Assembly (NCBI RefSeq): GCF_037042905.1
Contig: NC_087245.1
Location: 34,598,001 to 34,662,000, forward strand
Direction of reading: 5' to 3'
From: Lytechinus pictus
Lineage: Eukaryota
DNA: 64,000 nt
The notes beneath the pieces are model-generated. The model saw only the letters and a list, made by a program, of their open reading frames with translations, did no database searches and was not told where the DNA came from. Within the stretch, counting starts at the first letter, position 1. Every line of letters starts with the position of its first letter. Positions 53,801 through 62,754 of the stretch are shown in pieces. The position numbers and the translations under genes were made by a program.

Positions 53801-56800
53801 CATTAATTGTTATTTGTGCTGATATGCAATTAATTATGCAATTCTGACCTTTCGGGGTTTGAATAGAAAACTTTAGGAAATCCCAAACCATTCTGGAATA
53901 TTGGTATGACTTGCATTCATTTAAGTTAGTTATTAGTTGATAACCAGAGAGTAAGGTTATATGAGTATATGCCCAGGTCATTGAAAATTCTCTCTCTTTT
54001 TTATTTAGATTGTGGTGTTATGGCAGGTAGATAGACCCCTCCCACCGAAGTCAAGATGGCCAAAGCTACAAGTCCCTCTTACAGTCATTGAGACAGATCT
54101 CAAGGTAAGATTAAGATAGAGCGAAGAAGGCTCAGAACTTGATGATGATGTTGATAGTGGTGGTGGTAATGATGATGATGGGTGGGGTGGTGGTAATGAT
54201 GATGATGATGGTGATGACGATGATGATTAAGATGAGGATGATGATGGTTGAGGTGGTGGTAATGATGATGATGGGGGTGGTGGTAATGATGATGATGATT
54301 ATGACGATGATGTTAATGATGATGATGATGATGATGATGGTTGGGGTGGTGGCAATGATGATGATGGGGGTGGTGGTAATGATAATGATAATGATGATGA
54401 TGATGATGGTGATCGAAATGATGATGATGATAATTATTATGTTGTTGGTGATATTGATTATGGTGATGCTGCTGCTGATTTTGTGTTGTGCTTGGAATGG
54501 CAGAATTGGTTGAAGTAAATGATTAAAGATAGATAAGATTCTTAATTGTGCAATGTTAATCACTAGTCGGGTCAGGGATAACTTTGTGCCATTTGATAAT
54601 GGATACAGTGTCACCTTTTATAGCATGCATAAAATAACAGTATCAAAACAGAAAAGTTGATTTGAGGGTATTTATCTAATTTCCTTTAACATTTCCTTCA
54701 TTTCCTTTGTTATTCCCTTACAGTCTCTGAGCAGTCGATTCTCTCCTAACTCTGTGATTGAGATGGATTCTATTCTAAGCTTGGATGAAGATGCTCAGTT
54801 AACTACAGATGAGGTTAGTTATTCATGCAAAGATGAAGGCAGTAGTGTCACTGGGAGGTTTCAAATTCATGACCTGTGCATTTCAAGTCAAGTTTATACC
54901 ATTGGTTTATGCATGAATCAACCAAATCAACCTAAGTGTGAGGTCATTTCATAAAACCTGTTATAATAACAAATTTGCAAAAACAGTTTGACCCGAAAAA
55001 GACTGGGCTTTGATGCCTAAGGAGACTGGGGGATGTGGCTGATTCTGCTCCCCCCGAGTCTTATTAGGGTTAAAGCTACTGAAATTAATTGATTTGGTTG
55101 GCTGATAGTAGACTTGTTATAGAAATTGTGCATTTCTTTAGGTCTTTATGAAACGGGACCATGGTATATTGATGCCAGCCTTCTTTTGATGCAGTGACGG
55201 TCACTGACCTATGATACTTTTACATCTTGATTAGAATATTTGGATGATTGTATAGTGACCGGCGAAGTATGTATGAACTCTATCAAATACTGTCTTCAGA
55301 TGGTGGAGTGAAAATTAATTGATTTGAACAGTAGACCTATATGAGCAATGATCAGTTACTAAATTTGACCACAAAAGTAAATAATCAAACACATTTATAA
55401 CAAATCTATGCAAACCATTTTAAAGTTTTGAAATCAGTTAATGAAAAATATATAAGACCCAGCATGTTGGTTTAATAACATGCTTATTTTGATAATTTAT
55501 CGGCAATTATACAATTTCTTTCAGAATCTTTTGTCACATATGTCTTATTCATACGTACTGTACATGCACTTGGGTGGTCATTTTTATAGGATTCTGAACT
55601 AACTCACTTTAGAATTGTTACCACAACTGGCATTTATTTATCTGAAACTCTATATCCTTTGTCTTCCAGGTTGATTTTGCCTTCTCGGTGTGGCAGACGT
55701 TCCCGACCAGAATAGTAGGTTACCCCGCCAGAAACCATTACTGGGACCAAGCTAAAAGTCGTTGGGGTTACTCATCAAAGTGGACCAATGAGTACTCGAT
55801 GGTGCTCACTGGAGCAGCATTTTATCACAGGTAAACCTTCTCAATACCCCTCCCCCTCCCCACCCCCATCCGATAGGCCCTCTCTCAGTTTCACCCCCTG
55901 CCCCTTCTTTTCTCTCCATGGCACCCGCTAGAGCAGTATTTTTTCATAGGTAGGTGCTCTTTCATCCCCCCAACAGGTAGGCCCTCCCTCCGTACCCCCT
56001 TCTTTTTCCATGACACCCAGTGGAACAGTACTTTATAATTAGTAGGTGCTTTTGAACCCCCCCTCCAAGTTTGGCCCTCTTTCTTTACCCCTCTCTCCTT
56101 CTCCATGGCACCCACTGGAACAGTATTTTTTTTATTGGTAGGTGCTCTTTCGTTAACCCCTCCCACAGGTAGTCCTCTCTCTGAATCCCCCTCTTCTCTC
56201 TTTTTCCATGACACCCACTGGAACATTTTATCATTAGTGGGTGCTTTTTCACCCCCCCCCCCAAGTTAGGCCCTCTTTCTTTACCCCTCTCTCCTTTTCC
56301 ATGGCACCCACTGGAACAGTATTTTTTTTATTGGTAGGTGCTCTTTCATTAACCCCCCCACGCAAGTAGCCGTCTCTCTGACCCCCCTTTCTTTTTCCAT
56401 GACACCCATTGGAACATTATTTTAACATTGGTAGGTGCTTTTTCACCCCCCCTCTCCAAGTTTGGCCCTCTTTCTTCACCCCTCTCTCCTTCTCCATGGC
56501 ACCCACTGGAACAGTATTTTTTTTATTGGTAGGTGCTCTTTCATTAACCCCCCCCCCCCACACGGGTAGCCGTCTCTCTAACCCCCTTTCTTTTTCCATG
56601 ACACCCATTGGAACATTACTTTATTATCAGTGGCTGCTCTCTTAATACCCCTATAATTTACCCCAAACATTTCTGCTCAAGGTCAAGTCTTGTTGGAACA
56701 AAGAAATCTGTTTGACTTTACACAAGAGGTAAACAACACATGTTTTGGATAGTCTGGTCTGAGAAATATCACTCGGGAGATTATTTGACTTACGGAATGT

Positions 56801-57335
56801 CAATTTACATGTACTTGTTGTAATGTTAATTTTCTGTTCAGGTTTGTTATCTTGCTTTTAATACAGTACTATAATGCAGCTGCTTATGTATGAGTTAAGT
56901 TATCTTGCTTACAATACACTAACACAACCATATCATGTGTTCTGTTACCACAGGTACTATCATTATCTGTTCACCCATATACTGCCTTCACCGCTGCGTG
57001 TCCACGTGGATCGCACCAACAACTGCGACGATATTCTCATGAATTTCTTGGTAGCCAGTGTGACCAAGCTACCCCCCGTCAAGGTCACACAGCGTAAACA
57101 ATACCGCGAGACCATGCTGACGTCGTCCACCTCGGCGTTGGCGGCGCGCTGGCTCTCGGCGGAACATTTCCAGCAGCGTCAGGAGTGCCTCAATATCTTC
57201 TCCACCACGATGGGTACCATGCCGTTGGTCAGGTCCCAGATGCGCCTCGACCCGGTCCTCTATAAAGACCCCGTCTCGAACATGAGAAAACGTTACCGCA
57301 AAATCGAGGTCGTGGACCCCAAACCAAGGACGTGA
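7989..57335 (+). CDS. EXT1: Exostosin-1 (heparan sulfate GlcA/GlcNAc transferase), complete 8-exon CDS, 728 aa
   Basis: Exons join in frame with GT-AG junctions (884+202+120+252+96+90+161+382=2187 nt). N-terminal type II membrane anchor [26 protein letters not shown]47 motifs [53 protein letters not shown]64 motifs [46 protein letters not shown]; all recognisable as EXT1/ttv. Confidence 0.97.
9587..9740. mobile_element. ~150 bp MITE family J, copy 1
   Basis: TIRs ctggggagtgtttcat / atgaaacgctccccag; homologous to 14688 and 46114. Confidence 0.85.
12305..12439. mobile_element. Small inverted-repeat element
   Basis: 24-bp imperfect inverted termini aatttgtctgcttcccgcaagaaa / tttcttgcggaaagccgacaaatt. 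Confidence 0.6.
13144..13530. repeat. Degenerate interspersed repeat (cagtggcgta start, gcgagcgcgaag-type internal motifs)
   Basis: Recurring gcgagcgc motifs; related degenerate sequence around 6850-7270. Confidence 0.4.
14688..14839. mobile_element. MITE family J, copy 2
   Basis: Same TIRs and internal sequence as 9587-9740. Confidence 0.85.
15317..15550. mobile_element. MITE with ttccgt internal repeats
   Basis: TIRs agagacagtgattttccgttt / aaatggaaaatcactgtccct. Confidence 0.7.
17930..18271 (+). mobile_element. Helentron-associated (HINE/DINE-1-like) element family N, 3'-truncated
   Basis: Homologous to the 5' part of 49291-49882. Confidence 0.7.
18719..19064 (+). mobile_element. tRNA-derived SINE, full length
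   Basis: A box TGGTGTAGTGG, B box GTTCGAATCC, central cccaggtgctaaatgggtaccc core, 3' tail aagcgctatataaa...tattatta; second copy at 41800-42148. Confidence 0.9.
20106..20742. mobile_element. TA-flanked MITE (Tc1/mariner-pogo-like)
   Basis: TIRs tatgatggggtgtccaaacttcgcgc / gcgcgaagtttggactcactgccata; CpG-rich interior. Confidence 0.7.
21910..22153. mobile_element. MITE with CAGGG termini (hAT/P-like)
   Basis: TIRs cagggctcgacatta / tagtgtggagccttg; flanking direct repeat cctaatt. Confidence 0.75.
24691..25286. mobile_element. Kolobok-like MITE family A, copy 2
   Basis: ttaa|agggacggtccgggct ... agcctggaccatccct|ataa; homologous to 1221-1823. Confidence 0.85.
26292..26682. mobile_element. 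PIF/Harbinger-like MITE family E, copy 1
   Basis: TIRs tacccctttcataaaccca / tgggtttatgaaaggggta; TAA duplicated on both sides; inverted homolog at 48243. Confidence 0.85.
28111..28283. mobile_element. Small CACTG-terminated MITE (degenerate)
   Basis: ta|cactgtaaaa ... ttttactgtg|ta. Confidence 0.5.
28800..29276. mobile_element. Harbinger-like MITE family F
   Basis: TIRs tagttggtttcagaccgcct / aggcggtttgaaaccaccta; flanks cta/tta; internal fragment recurs at ~35770-35893. Confidence 0.75.
29448..29658. mobile_element. Mutator(MULE)-like MITE family L, copy 1
   Basis: Perfect 9-bp TSD catttatac on both sides; TIRs ggtgacacgacatttgctcc / ggagcaaatgtcatggaacc. Confidence 0.85.
32300..32751. 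mobile_element. MITE with ttttcacactgca termini and ttaacccc internal repeats
   Basis: TIRs ttttcacactgca / tgcagtgtgaaaa. Confidence 0.65.
32787..33254. mobile_element. CACTC-terminated (CACTA/EnSpm-like) MITE with duplicated right end
   Basis: ta|cactcttaaggaaaaaaagg ... aacctttttttcaaagaggg|ta (end motif present twice); gaacc subterminal repeats. Confidence 0.55.
33270..33500. mobile_element. Tc1/mariner-like MITE
   Basis: TA TSD; TIRs cagtgttgctaaaaagttgtgaacccc / ggggttcactaacttttgagcaccactg; a solo end at 15081-15108. Confidence 0.8.
33503..33598 (-). mobile_element. SINE 5' fragment (degenerate tRNA head)
   Basis: gccttgccaaaggac matches the SINE at ~42055; degenerate B box. Confidence 0.5.
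33607..34176. mobile_element. Kolobok-like MITE family B, copy 1
   Basis: ttaa|aggacaagtccacccc ... ggggtggacttgacct|ttag. Confidence 0.85.
34860..35166. mobile_element. Partial, inverted copy of MITE family C
   Basis: Reverse-complement similarity to 47089-47345 (aaactagttttaggac, ttccaagaccg, ttgtgtcctca, ggagtagcgc, aatttgaaacc). Confidence 0.65.
35171..35758. mobile_element. Kolobok-like MITE family B, copy 2
   Basis: ttaa|aggacgagtccacccc ... ggggtggacttgacc. Confidence 0.85.
35885..36287. mobile_element. MITE family H (aatctcgagatt internal repeats)
   Basis: Imperfect TIRs taggcggtgctgcacca / tggtgcagacggcccta. Confidence 0.6.
39583..39784 (+). CDS. EXT1: EXT1 coding exon 2 ([20 protein letters not shown]...ERLLLQ)
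   Basis: Acceptor ttttcactccag|G; donor CAG|gtaata; 202 nt restores phase 0. Confidence 0.96.
39940..40251. mobile_element. MITE family K (nested)
   Basis: TIRs ggcccatattctgaa / ttcagaatacgggcc. Confidence 0.75.
40285..40709. mobile_element. MITE family M with AT target duplication (ISL2EU-like, nested)
   Basis: caat|agaccagttcgtagtt ... aactacaaactggctt|attg, splitting the host caattg motif. Confidence 0.7.
41154..41273 (+). CDS. EXT1: EXT1 coding exon 3 (VPSIVRSI...IVHTTLE)
   Basis: Acceptor ttttgtccag|; donor GAG|gtgagt; 120 nt. Confidence 0.95.
41800..42148 (-). mobile_element. tRNA-derived SINE, full length
   Basis: Reverse complement shares the head and core of 18719-19064; (taa)n tail at 41800. 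Confidence 0.9.
44355..44926. mobile_element. Kolobok-like MITE family D
   Basis: ttaa|aggagaatgaaatctttggaacaa ... ttgttccaaaggtttcattcccct|ttaa; long inverted arms. Confidence 0.85.
46114..46275. mobile_element. MITE family J, copy 3
   Basis: Homologous to 9587 and 14688. Confidence 0.8.
46571..46780. mobile_element. MULE-like MITE family L, copy 3
   Basis: Starts ggttccatgacatttgctccggcgacaattgctcc; inverted relative to 29448. Confidence 0.75.
47089..47501. mobile_element. MITE family C
   Basis: TIRs acaccgttctc...ctaaaactagtt / aactagttttag...gagaaaggtgt. Confidence 0.7.
48243..48623. mobile_element. PIF/Harbinger-like MITE family E, copy 2
   Basis: tta|tacccctttcataaaccc ... gggtttatgaaaggggta|tta. 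Confidence 0.85.
49291..49882 (+). mobile_element. Helentron-associated (HINE/DINE-1-like) element family N, complete
   Basis: 5' subterminal gtctcacctgcat with nearby complement gtgagac; short cggc repeat; ~2.5 tandem units of ~162 bp; 3' atgcaggtgagac followed by hairpin tgccagaggca; T-rich ends, no TSD. Confidence 0.75.
51455..52053. mobile_element. Kolobok-like MITE family B, copy 3
   Basis: ttaa|aggacaagtccacccc ... ggggtggacttgacct|ttaa. Confidence 0.88.
52548..53119. mobile_element. Kolobok-like MITE family A, copy 3
   Basis: ttaa|agggatggttcgggctg ... cagcctggaccatcct|ttaa. Confidence 0.85.
53290..53541 (+). CDS. EXT1: EXT1 coding exon 4 (IIKERVQ...WNTNPGAL...AYAHQ)
   Basis: Acceptor after pyrimidine tract ...catatag|; donor CAG|gtacgc; 252 nt open frame. 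Confidence 0.93.
53578..53780 (-). mobile_element. Degenerate SINE fragment
   Basis: taataat tail, ggtacccat...cctggg core in reverse orientation. Confidence 0.45.
54009..54104 (+). CDS. EXT1: EXT1 coding exon 5 ([18 protein letters not shown]...)
   Basis: Acceptor ttttttatttag|; donor AAG|gtaaga; 96 nt. Confidence 0.94.
54140..54480. repeat. (GAT/GGT)n compound microsatellite in EXT1 intron 5
   Basis: Direct reading. Confidence 0.95.
54724..54813 (+). CDS. EXT1: EXT1 coding exon 6 (SLSSRF...[15 protein letters not shown] motif)
   Basis: Acceptor ttcccttacag|; donor GAG|gttagt; 90 nt. Confidence 0.94.
54939..55161. mobile_element. Short MITE containing a nested 78-bp piggyBac-like insert (54992-55069)
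   Basis: Outer ends ggtcatttcataaa / tttatgaaacgggacc; inner ttga|cccgaaaaagactggg ... cccgagtcttattaggg|ttaa. Confidence 0.55.
55670..55830 (+). CDS. EXT1: EXT1 coding exon 7 ([12 protein letters not shown]...GAAFYH)
   Basis: Acceptor tttgtcttccag|; donor CAG|gtaaac; 161 nt, phase 2. Missed by the ORF track. Confidence 0.95.
55845..56650. repeat. Tandem repeat, ~97-bp monomers arranged as ~195-bp dimers x4
   Basis: ccatggcacc at 55916, 56103, 56299, 56494 alternates with ccatgacacc at 56008, 56206, 56397, 56596. Confidence 0.9.
56954..57335 (+). CDS. EXT1: EXT1 terminal coding exon 8 (YYHYLF...NCDDILMNF...VVDPKPRT*)
   Basis: Acceptor ttaccacag|G; TGA ends at 57335. Confidence 0.96.
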
Positions 57336-58630
57336 GAATGAATGAATGATGAAAATTGTTTGAAATCACCCCCACCGACGTGTAGCAAGATGTTGTAGAT
57401 GAGAGTACTAGAATGATGATGTACGGTGCCCCCATCGTTGGATTTCAGACAAGCGGTTTCTGCACCGAATCATGGCGTGATCAAAGAGTACTACCTTAAA
57501 GTCTACTAATGGGACCAAGAAAGGTCACACTGCCCTCGTTTCTTCTTCCATGTCTTCTTCTACTTCTTGTGATGCAAGTCATTAAACCAGTAAAAACCTA
57601 CAAGGAAACCTGCCATTGAAATGCAGAATGTCTTGTTCAAGATGTTGGTGCAGTTCAAGTCATCTGATGGAAGCCGGCTGATGTCATGGTAAATGGGATC
57701 CTGTTCCTGGCCAAGGGGTCATCGGCATAGAATATCCTGATATCATTCGGATGTTGCTACAAGATGTTCAGTAGAAGTGTCCATCAGCAGAGCAAAGCTT
57801 TGTAAGACCAGTCAAAAGGCCCAAAAGCAAAGAAGCCCGCAAGAAGATCATGTGTTTTGTTTGCTTCCTACTAACTACCGAGCCTTGTAGCTGTCCGCAG
57901 GATCTTAAAAGCCACAGTAACTAGGAATCCACTCTGTGGATACGTTCTTACTAAAGAATCCTTCATGAATGAGAGTTATCCTTCAGTAATATTTCATGCC
58001 AAAATGTGTTTATGTATTGATCAGCATTGGACAATTCGCGAATATGAGATCATTTTTATGAAAAGTGTTTCAGATATTAACTCCTTCGAGCAGAGATATT
58101 TTTTTGAAAACCAGATGTAATCTATTCATGAGGTATTATTATGAAAATATTGAAAATATTGTGTGTGTTAGATTTTAAAAGAAGGTCTTGCTTTTTTTGT
58201 ACAAAAGACAGAACATATGAATGAAAGTGAGATTAGATTTTCTATATTTTTCTTGAGATAAGAGAGGAAATAGATTAGAGATTTAGATTTTAGTTGGGGC
58301 ATGCTGGAAACATGTGTACATTGAGAGTATGTTGGAGCAAGAGAGAGAGAGAGTTAAGCATTTGTCCATGATTTATGTGGTCTTCAGTATTTTACGATTT
58401 TCTTTTTCTGTAGTATACAAATAACATAATGCTCAGAGTGCATTTAAGGTACATTTGCACAGTAAAGGTATTATTAAAACAGCGATATTTACACTTAACT
58501 GCCACTGGCACTACTCAAATTTATTCTCATAATATTTTATATAATTAGTCTAAAATGATGCAGTCTGTAACCAATTATTTATATTGATATTTGTGAAGAG
58601 TATAAAAATCAAGTTATATATCTAATAAAT
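57336..58630 (+). other. Putative EXT1 3' UTR (minimum extent)
   Basis: Follows the stop codon; AATAAA at ~58624. The true end may lie further downstream (e.g. ATTAAA ~60894). Confidence 0.4.
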
Positions 58631-58885
58631 TGACCATTCTTCTGAGTAAAAACAATTAAACATTGATTTTAATGCTTCATGTTCATGCCTGTCACAGAAT
58701 ATTGAAATGCTATGAATACCTCTTGTGTCATTCATTAATTTTTGTTGCAGGAATAATTTCAGAGCAACTCGTGTTTACAGAATTTTGTTCCAATTTTGTT
58801 CATTTCTTATCCTTTGATATCGGTTGTTTTTTGTTGTTCATTTTGTACATTTGTATGTGAATCTGGTTTTAGTGAATCTGTCTGT

Positions 58886-59848
58886 TTTTAGCTCATCCGG
58901 CGTGAAGGGCCAGATGAGGGTATGCCGTGGCATGGTGTCCGTCGTCCGTCCACAATATCAAAATGCTTCTTCTTCGTCATTTCAAGTCCGATAGTACTTC
59001 TGTCTGCTTTATATGATAGCACTAGTTGGGGGATACAAAACTTTTACACAGAATTTTGAAACTCATTAAATATGCTAATTTATGCACATTTTTCAAAATT
59101 CACAAAAAAATCTTTTTTTGTTGACCGATATTGATTTTTTTGCTTCCATCTGGTAGAGGTTCACAAAACACCTACACAGAATTTTGAAATTTTGACTAGA
59201 AAATTTTTATGCTAATTTATGCATATTTTTCAAAATTCACATAAAATCATTTATTTTGTTGACTGATTTTGATTTTTTTCTTCCATCTGGTAGAGCTGCA
59301 TGAGGTTCACCAAACTTGTACACATAATTTTGAAATTTTGACTAGAAAATTTATTATGCTAATTTATGCAAAATTTATTCATAAATCACAAAAATGCCTT
59401 TTCTCCTTCATTTGTTGATCAATTTCAATTTTGTTTGCTTTATATGATACTCTAGGTGGGGATACAGAATTTCTACACAGAATTTGGAAACTTATTAAAT
59501 ATGCTTATTTATGCATATTTTTCAAAACTCACAAAAAATGCTTCTTATTGATTTGTTGACCAATTTTGATTTTTTTTTGTTCCATCTGAGTGCTACATGA
59601 GGTTCAACCAAGGTTCTGCACAGAATTTAGAAATTTTGACTAGAAAATTATTTATGCTTATTTATACAAAATTTATTCATAAATCACAAAAAATGCTTCT
59701 CTGTCATTTCTTCATCAATTTCAATTCTGTTTCTTCAATTTATGTCACCAATATAATTTACTACAGTGTCAACTGGGCTGAAATTAAAAATTGTGTTAAA
59801 TTTCTCTGCGAGATGCCGGATGAGCTCCACATCATTGATGCGCTGTTT
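58886..59848 (+). mobile_element. Second Helentron-associated (HINE/DINE-1-like) element with internal tandem array
   Basis: 5' agctcatccggc, gtccgtcgtccgtcc microsatellite, repeated acacagaattttgaaa...tatgctaatttatgca units, 3' gccggatgagct plus hairpin catcattgatg, T-rich ends. Confidence 0.78.
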
Positions 59849-61673
59849 TATTTGAGATGAAGCTATCTTGGGGGTTTACATTTCTAATAGTATTGAGTAA
59901 TTGGGTAGTGGTCAAAAGATACGACTATTGAATAGTGAGTACTGTAACTGCATAAGCTAATAGTTTCGGATTGTATTGTTTCATTTCGCAAGTTGTTTGC
60001 ATATTCCCAAGTTGGTATTTTCACAATTTTTTTATGGTGACAGTGGCCATACAGAGAAAATTAGCATAAAATAAACCACTGCGAAAACATCAGCTCATAC
60101 AGTGGTAACGTTGATAGTTGGTGTGTGTGCAAGTTTAGTACAAAATTACATTTCATGAATTTGAGTAAAATATATTTTGATCCTATTTCTAAGTGGTATT
60201 TCAGTTTTTTTAATGCAATATCAAATTAAGAAATTAAACAAGATTTCTCTGCAGTTAGCTTTTTTAATCGAAACTAAGTTTTTCAGTTTCAGTAGAGGAT
60301 AGGATAGCAAAGTGCCCCAAATTAATTGTACTGGAAATCACTTAGACTTCACATACTTTACAGCTGTGTACATAGAAAATAATGTAACAATATGTTCAAA
60401 TGCATCTATGAAGGGAGGAGCATATATTCCCTTCACAAAAGTAATTCATCGGCATGATTGTCTATATTTTACAAAGGGACTTTATACTATCTTACTGATA
60501 AATATGCAATTGCGTATAATGTTAGATATGTGTCGGACCCTGTCCCCCTGTTTCAGCAGAGCTTGTATCTTTGTTTGCTACACTCAGTCATCATGCATTG
60601 TATGTTATCTTGTAGAATTGTTTCATTGTGCATTTGTTTTTATCAAGGTGCTAACATAGATGGACCATTACAAAGCGTTCACACTTATCATTTGTTCTTT
60701 AGTGCTATAAATAGATGCTATGCCTTCATGCAAGTTTAGATACCCAAAGAAAGTCAAGTACCAACTATGTTAATGTACATTTGTGTATTTATGAATGGAT
60801 GGATGCGATCTGCTTGAGTCATGTGATTTGAATATTTGTGTGAATGGTTTGGATTATATAATTCCTTCAGACTTTTCAAGTCCATTATTTTTTATTAAAA
60901 TGTGGAATATCCATTAATATACATGTAATTATATTCTTATATCCTTCATGCATTGTCTCTGTTCATGGGGACTGTGGTGTAATAGTTATTCCAATTTCTT
61001 TTGTTTATCTAAACAAAGATTCTTACAAACTTTCATCCGTGAAAAGACAAATTGACTTGCTTCCATCTTTCTTTAGTTGGTTGTATTTTCTGTTTGCCCC
61101 TTTTAAAGCTACAGTAGCATGTATATATAAGGATAACAGGGTCTGTTGTGTCATTTTTCTGTAAACTAACATATATATGAATATATCGACTAAAAGTAAT
61201 GGTTCATAAAGATATGAATATCTTAACTTAATTCCTTACATTTTCTATTTTCTTCTAATTAAAATTCAGAATATTTGTATTCTTATAAGACTACTACCAT
61301 TCGTTAAAGGAAAATAATTTTTGAAAATCTAATTTTGTTTCCTCAAATACATTTCTTTCCTTTATATAATTTCATGGTTAGAAAACATTAGAAAAGCAAT
61401 CATATAATTTGATAAGGGGTAGTAGATGTATGTCTTCCCCAAGACCAATTTTTTTCTCATTTTCTTTTCATAATTAATTGTTATTAACCGGCAACTTAGT
61501 CAAATTGTTCTTGGGTATACTTCACTTTACACTAAGGGATAGGTTAAGCTGAAAGTCTTTAATAAACATAGACTAACATATTGATGAAATGAAAAAAAAA
61601 ACAATATGAGAACATTGGCCTCTCAAGAAATGAAAATCAGCATTTAACTTTGCAACTTTGCTGGATGCTTTAA

Positions 61674-62754
61674 CAGTCAGTCCGCAAGCCCTGAAAAAGT
61701 AGCTTCTTTTATCCAAGTGATATTCATGACAAGAGGGTTTTTGCATAGTTAATGAGCTTGGTGCGAACCAAAACACCTCTTTTTATTCGGCCATTGCTGC
61801 TCTAAATATTGACAAAATTTCATGTTTTTGGTATCTTTGTAAAGAAGAAGAATCATTCTTTTAGGTCATGTGTTTGGATTTTTAAAAGAATGTTGTAATA
61901 TAGGAAAAACTTTTGATCTAAAACATGAAACAAAATATTTTTTTTCATGCAACAAAAGTTGTTGTTTTCACACTTAATTTCTGTTTGGGCACAAATGATT
62001 TTTAAATCATGATAAAGCTGAAGATCTAAGCTTTAATATGATATAATTTTTATAAGAAGATGTATTTTAGATGGGTCAGCAGCCAGCTTTTCATAGGCCA
62101 AGTACATTTTGCAGCTCAAAAACAAGAATACTGCGCTCTGATTGGTTATAGACTCCACACACTCACGCAAATTCCAATGTTCCCCACACTGGGCCTCTGC
62201 AAGGTCACACTCACCATGTGGTTATCTCTTCAAATTACCCGCGCCTGTTTGTTTTGAAAACAGTATTCAGCCAATCAGAACTGTGGATTTTATGTTACTC
62301 AGAAATTTCAGAAATCTCGTCTTGCATCTTGATGGAAATAACTGGCTGCTGACCCATCTAAAAGATGCCACATATCAAGAGTGACATTGTAAGAAAGTAT
62401 AGAGTTTGAGCTTTCTGATGATATAAATAATGTTGGTGCCTAAAACACAAAATGTTGCACAATTTGCAAGTGAAAACAGAGGAAGAAAATTCTGTTTGAT
62501 GCATCTTTTCAGGTAAAAAATTCACTTATTTATCAAAATATTTCATTAAAAAGAAATGACCAATATAAAAGGGTAACATTTACTCTTGCCCATGGTACAA
62601 AAATAAACAATATTACTCAAGAAAAAAGTGGTTAAATTCTTTGAGAAAGAAAGTCTCACAATTCACGAGATTTTGCAGGGACATGAATTCAGCCACGAGA
62701 GGACTTGGATAAATCTGCTCATTTGCTCATTAACACGGGCTTGCGGACTGACTG
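61674..62754. mobile_element. TTAA-flanked ~1.08 kb non-autonomous DNA transposon
   Basis: Perfect 18-bp TIRs cagtcagtccgcaagccc / gggcttgcggactgactg with TTAA either side; no long ORF. Confidence 0.85.

Noticed and set aside
54132..54614. Poly-Met and poly-Ile ORFs
   Set aside because: Translation of the intron 5 GAT/GGT microsatellite.
55845..56650. CRISPR-like repeat-spacer appearance
   Set aside because: The intervening segments are themselves repeated, the context is a eukaryotic intron, and there are no cas genes.
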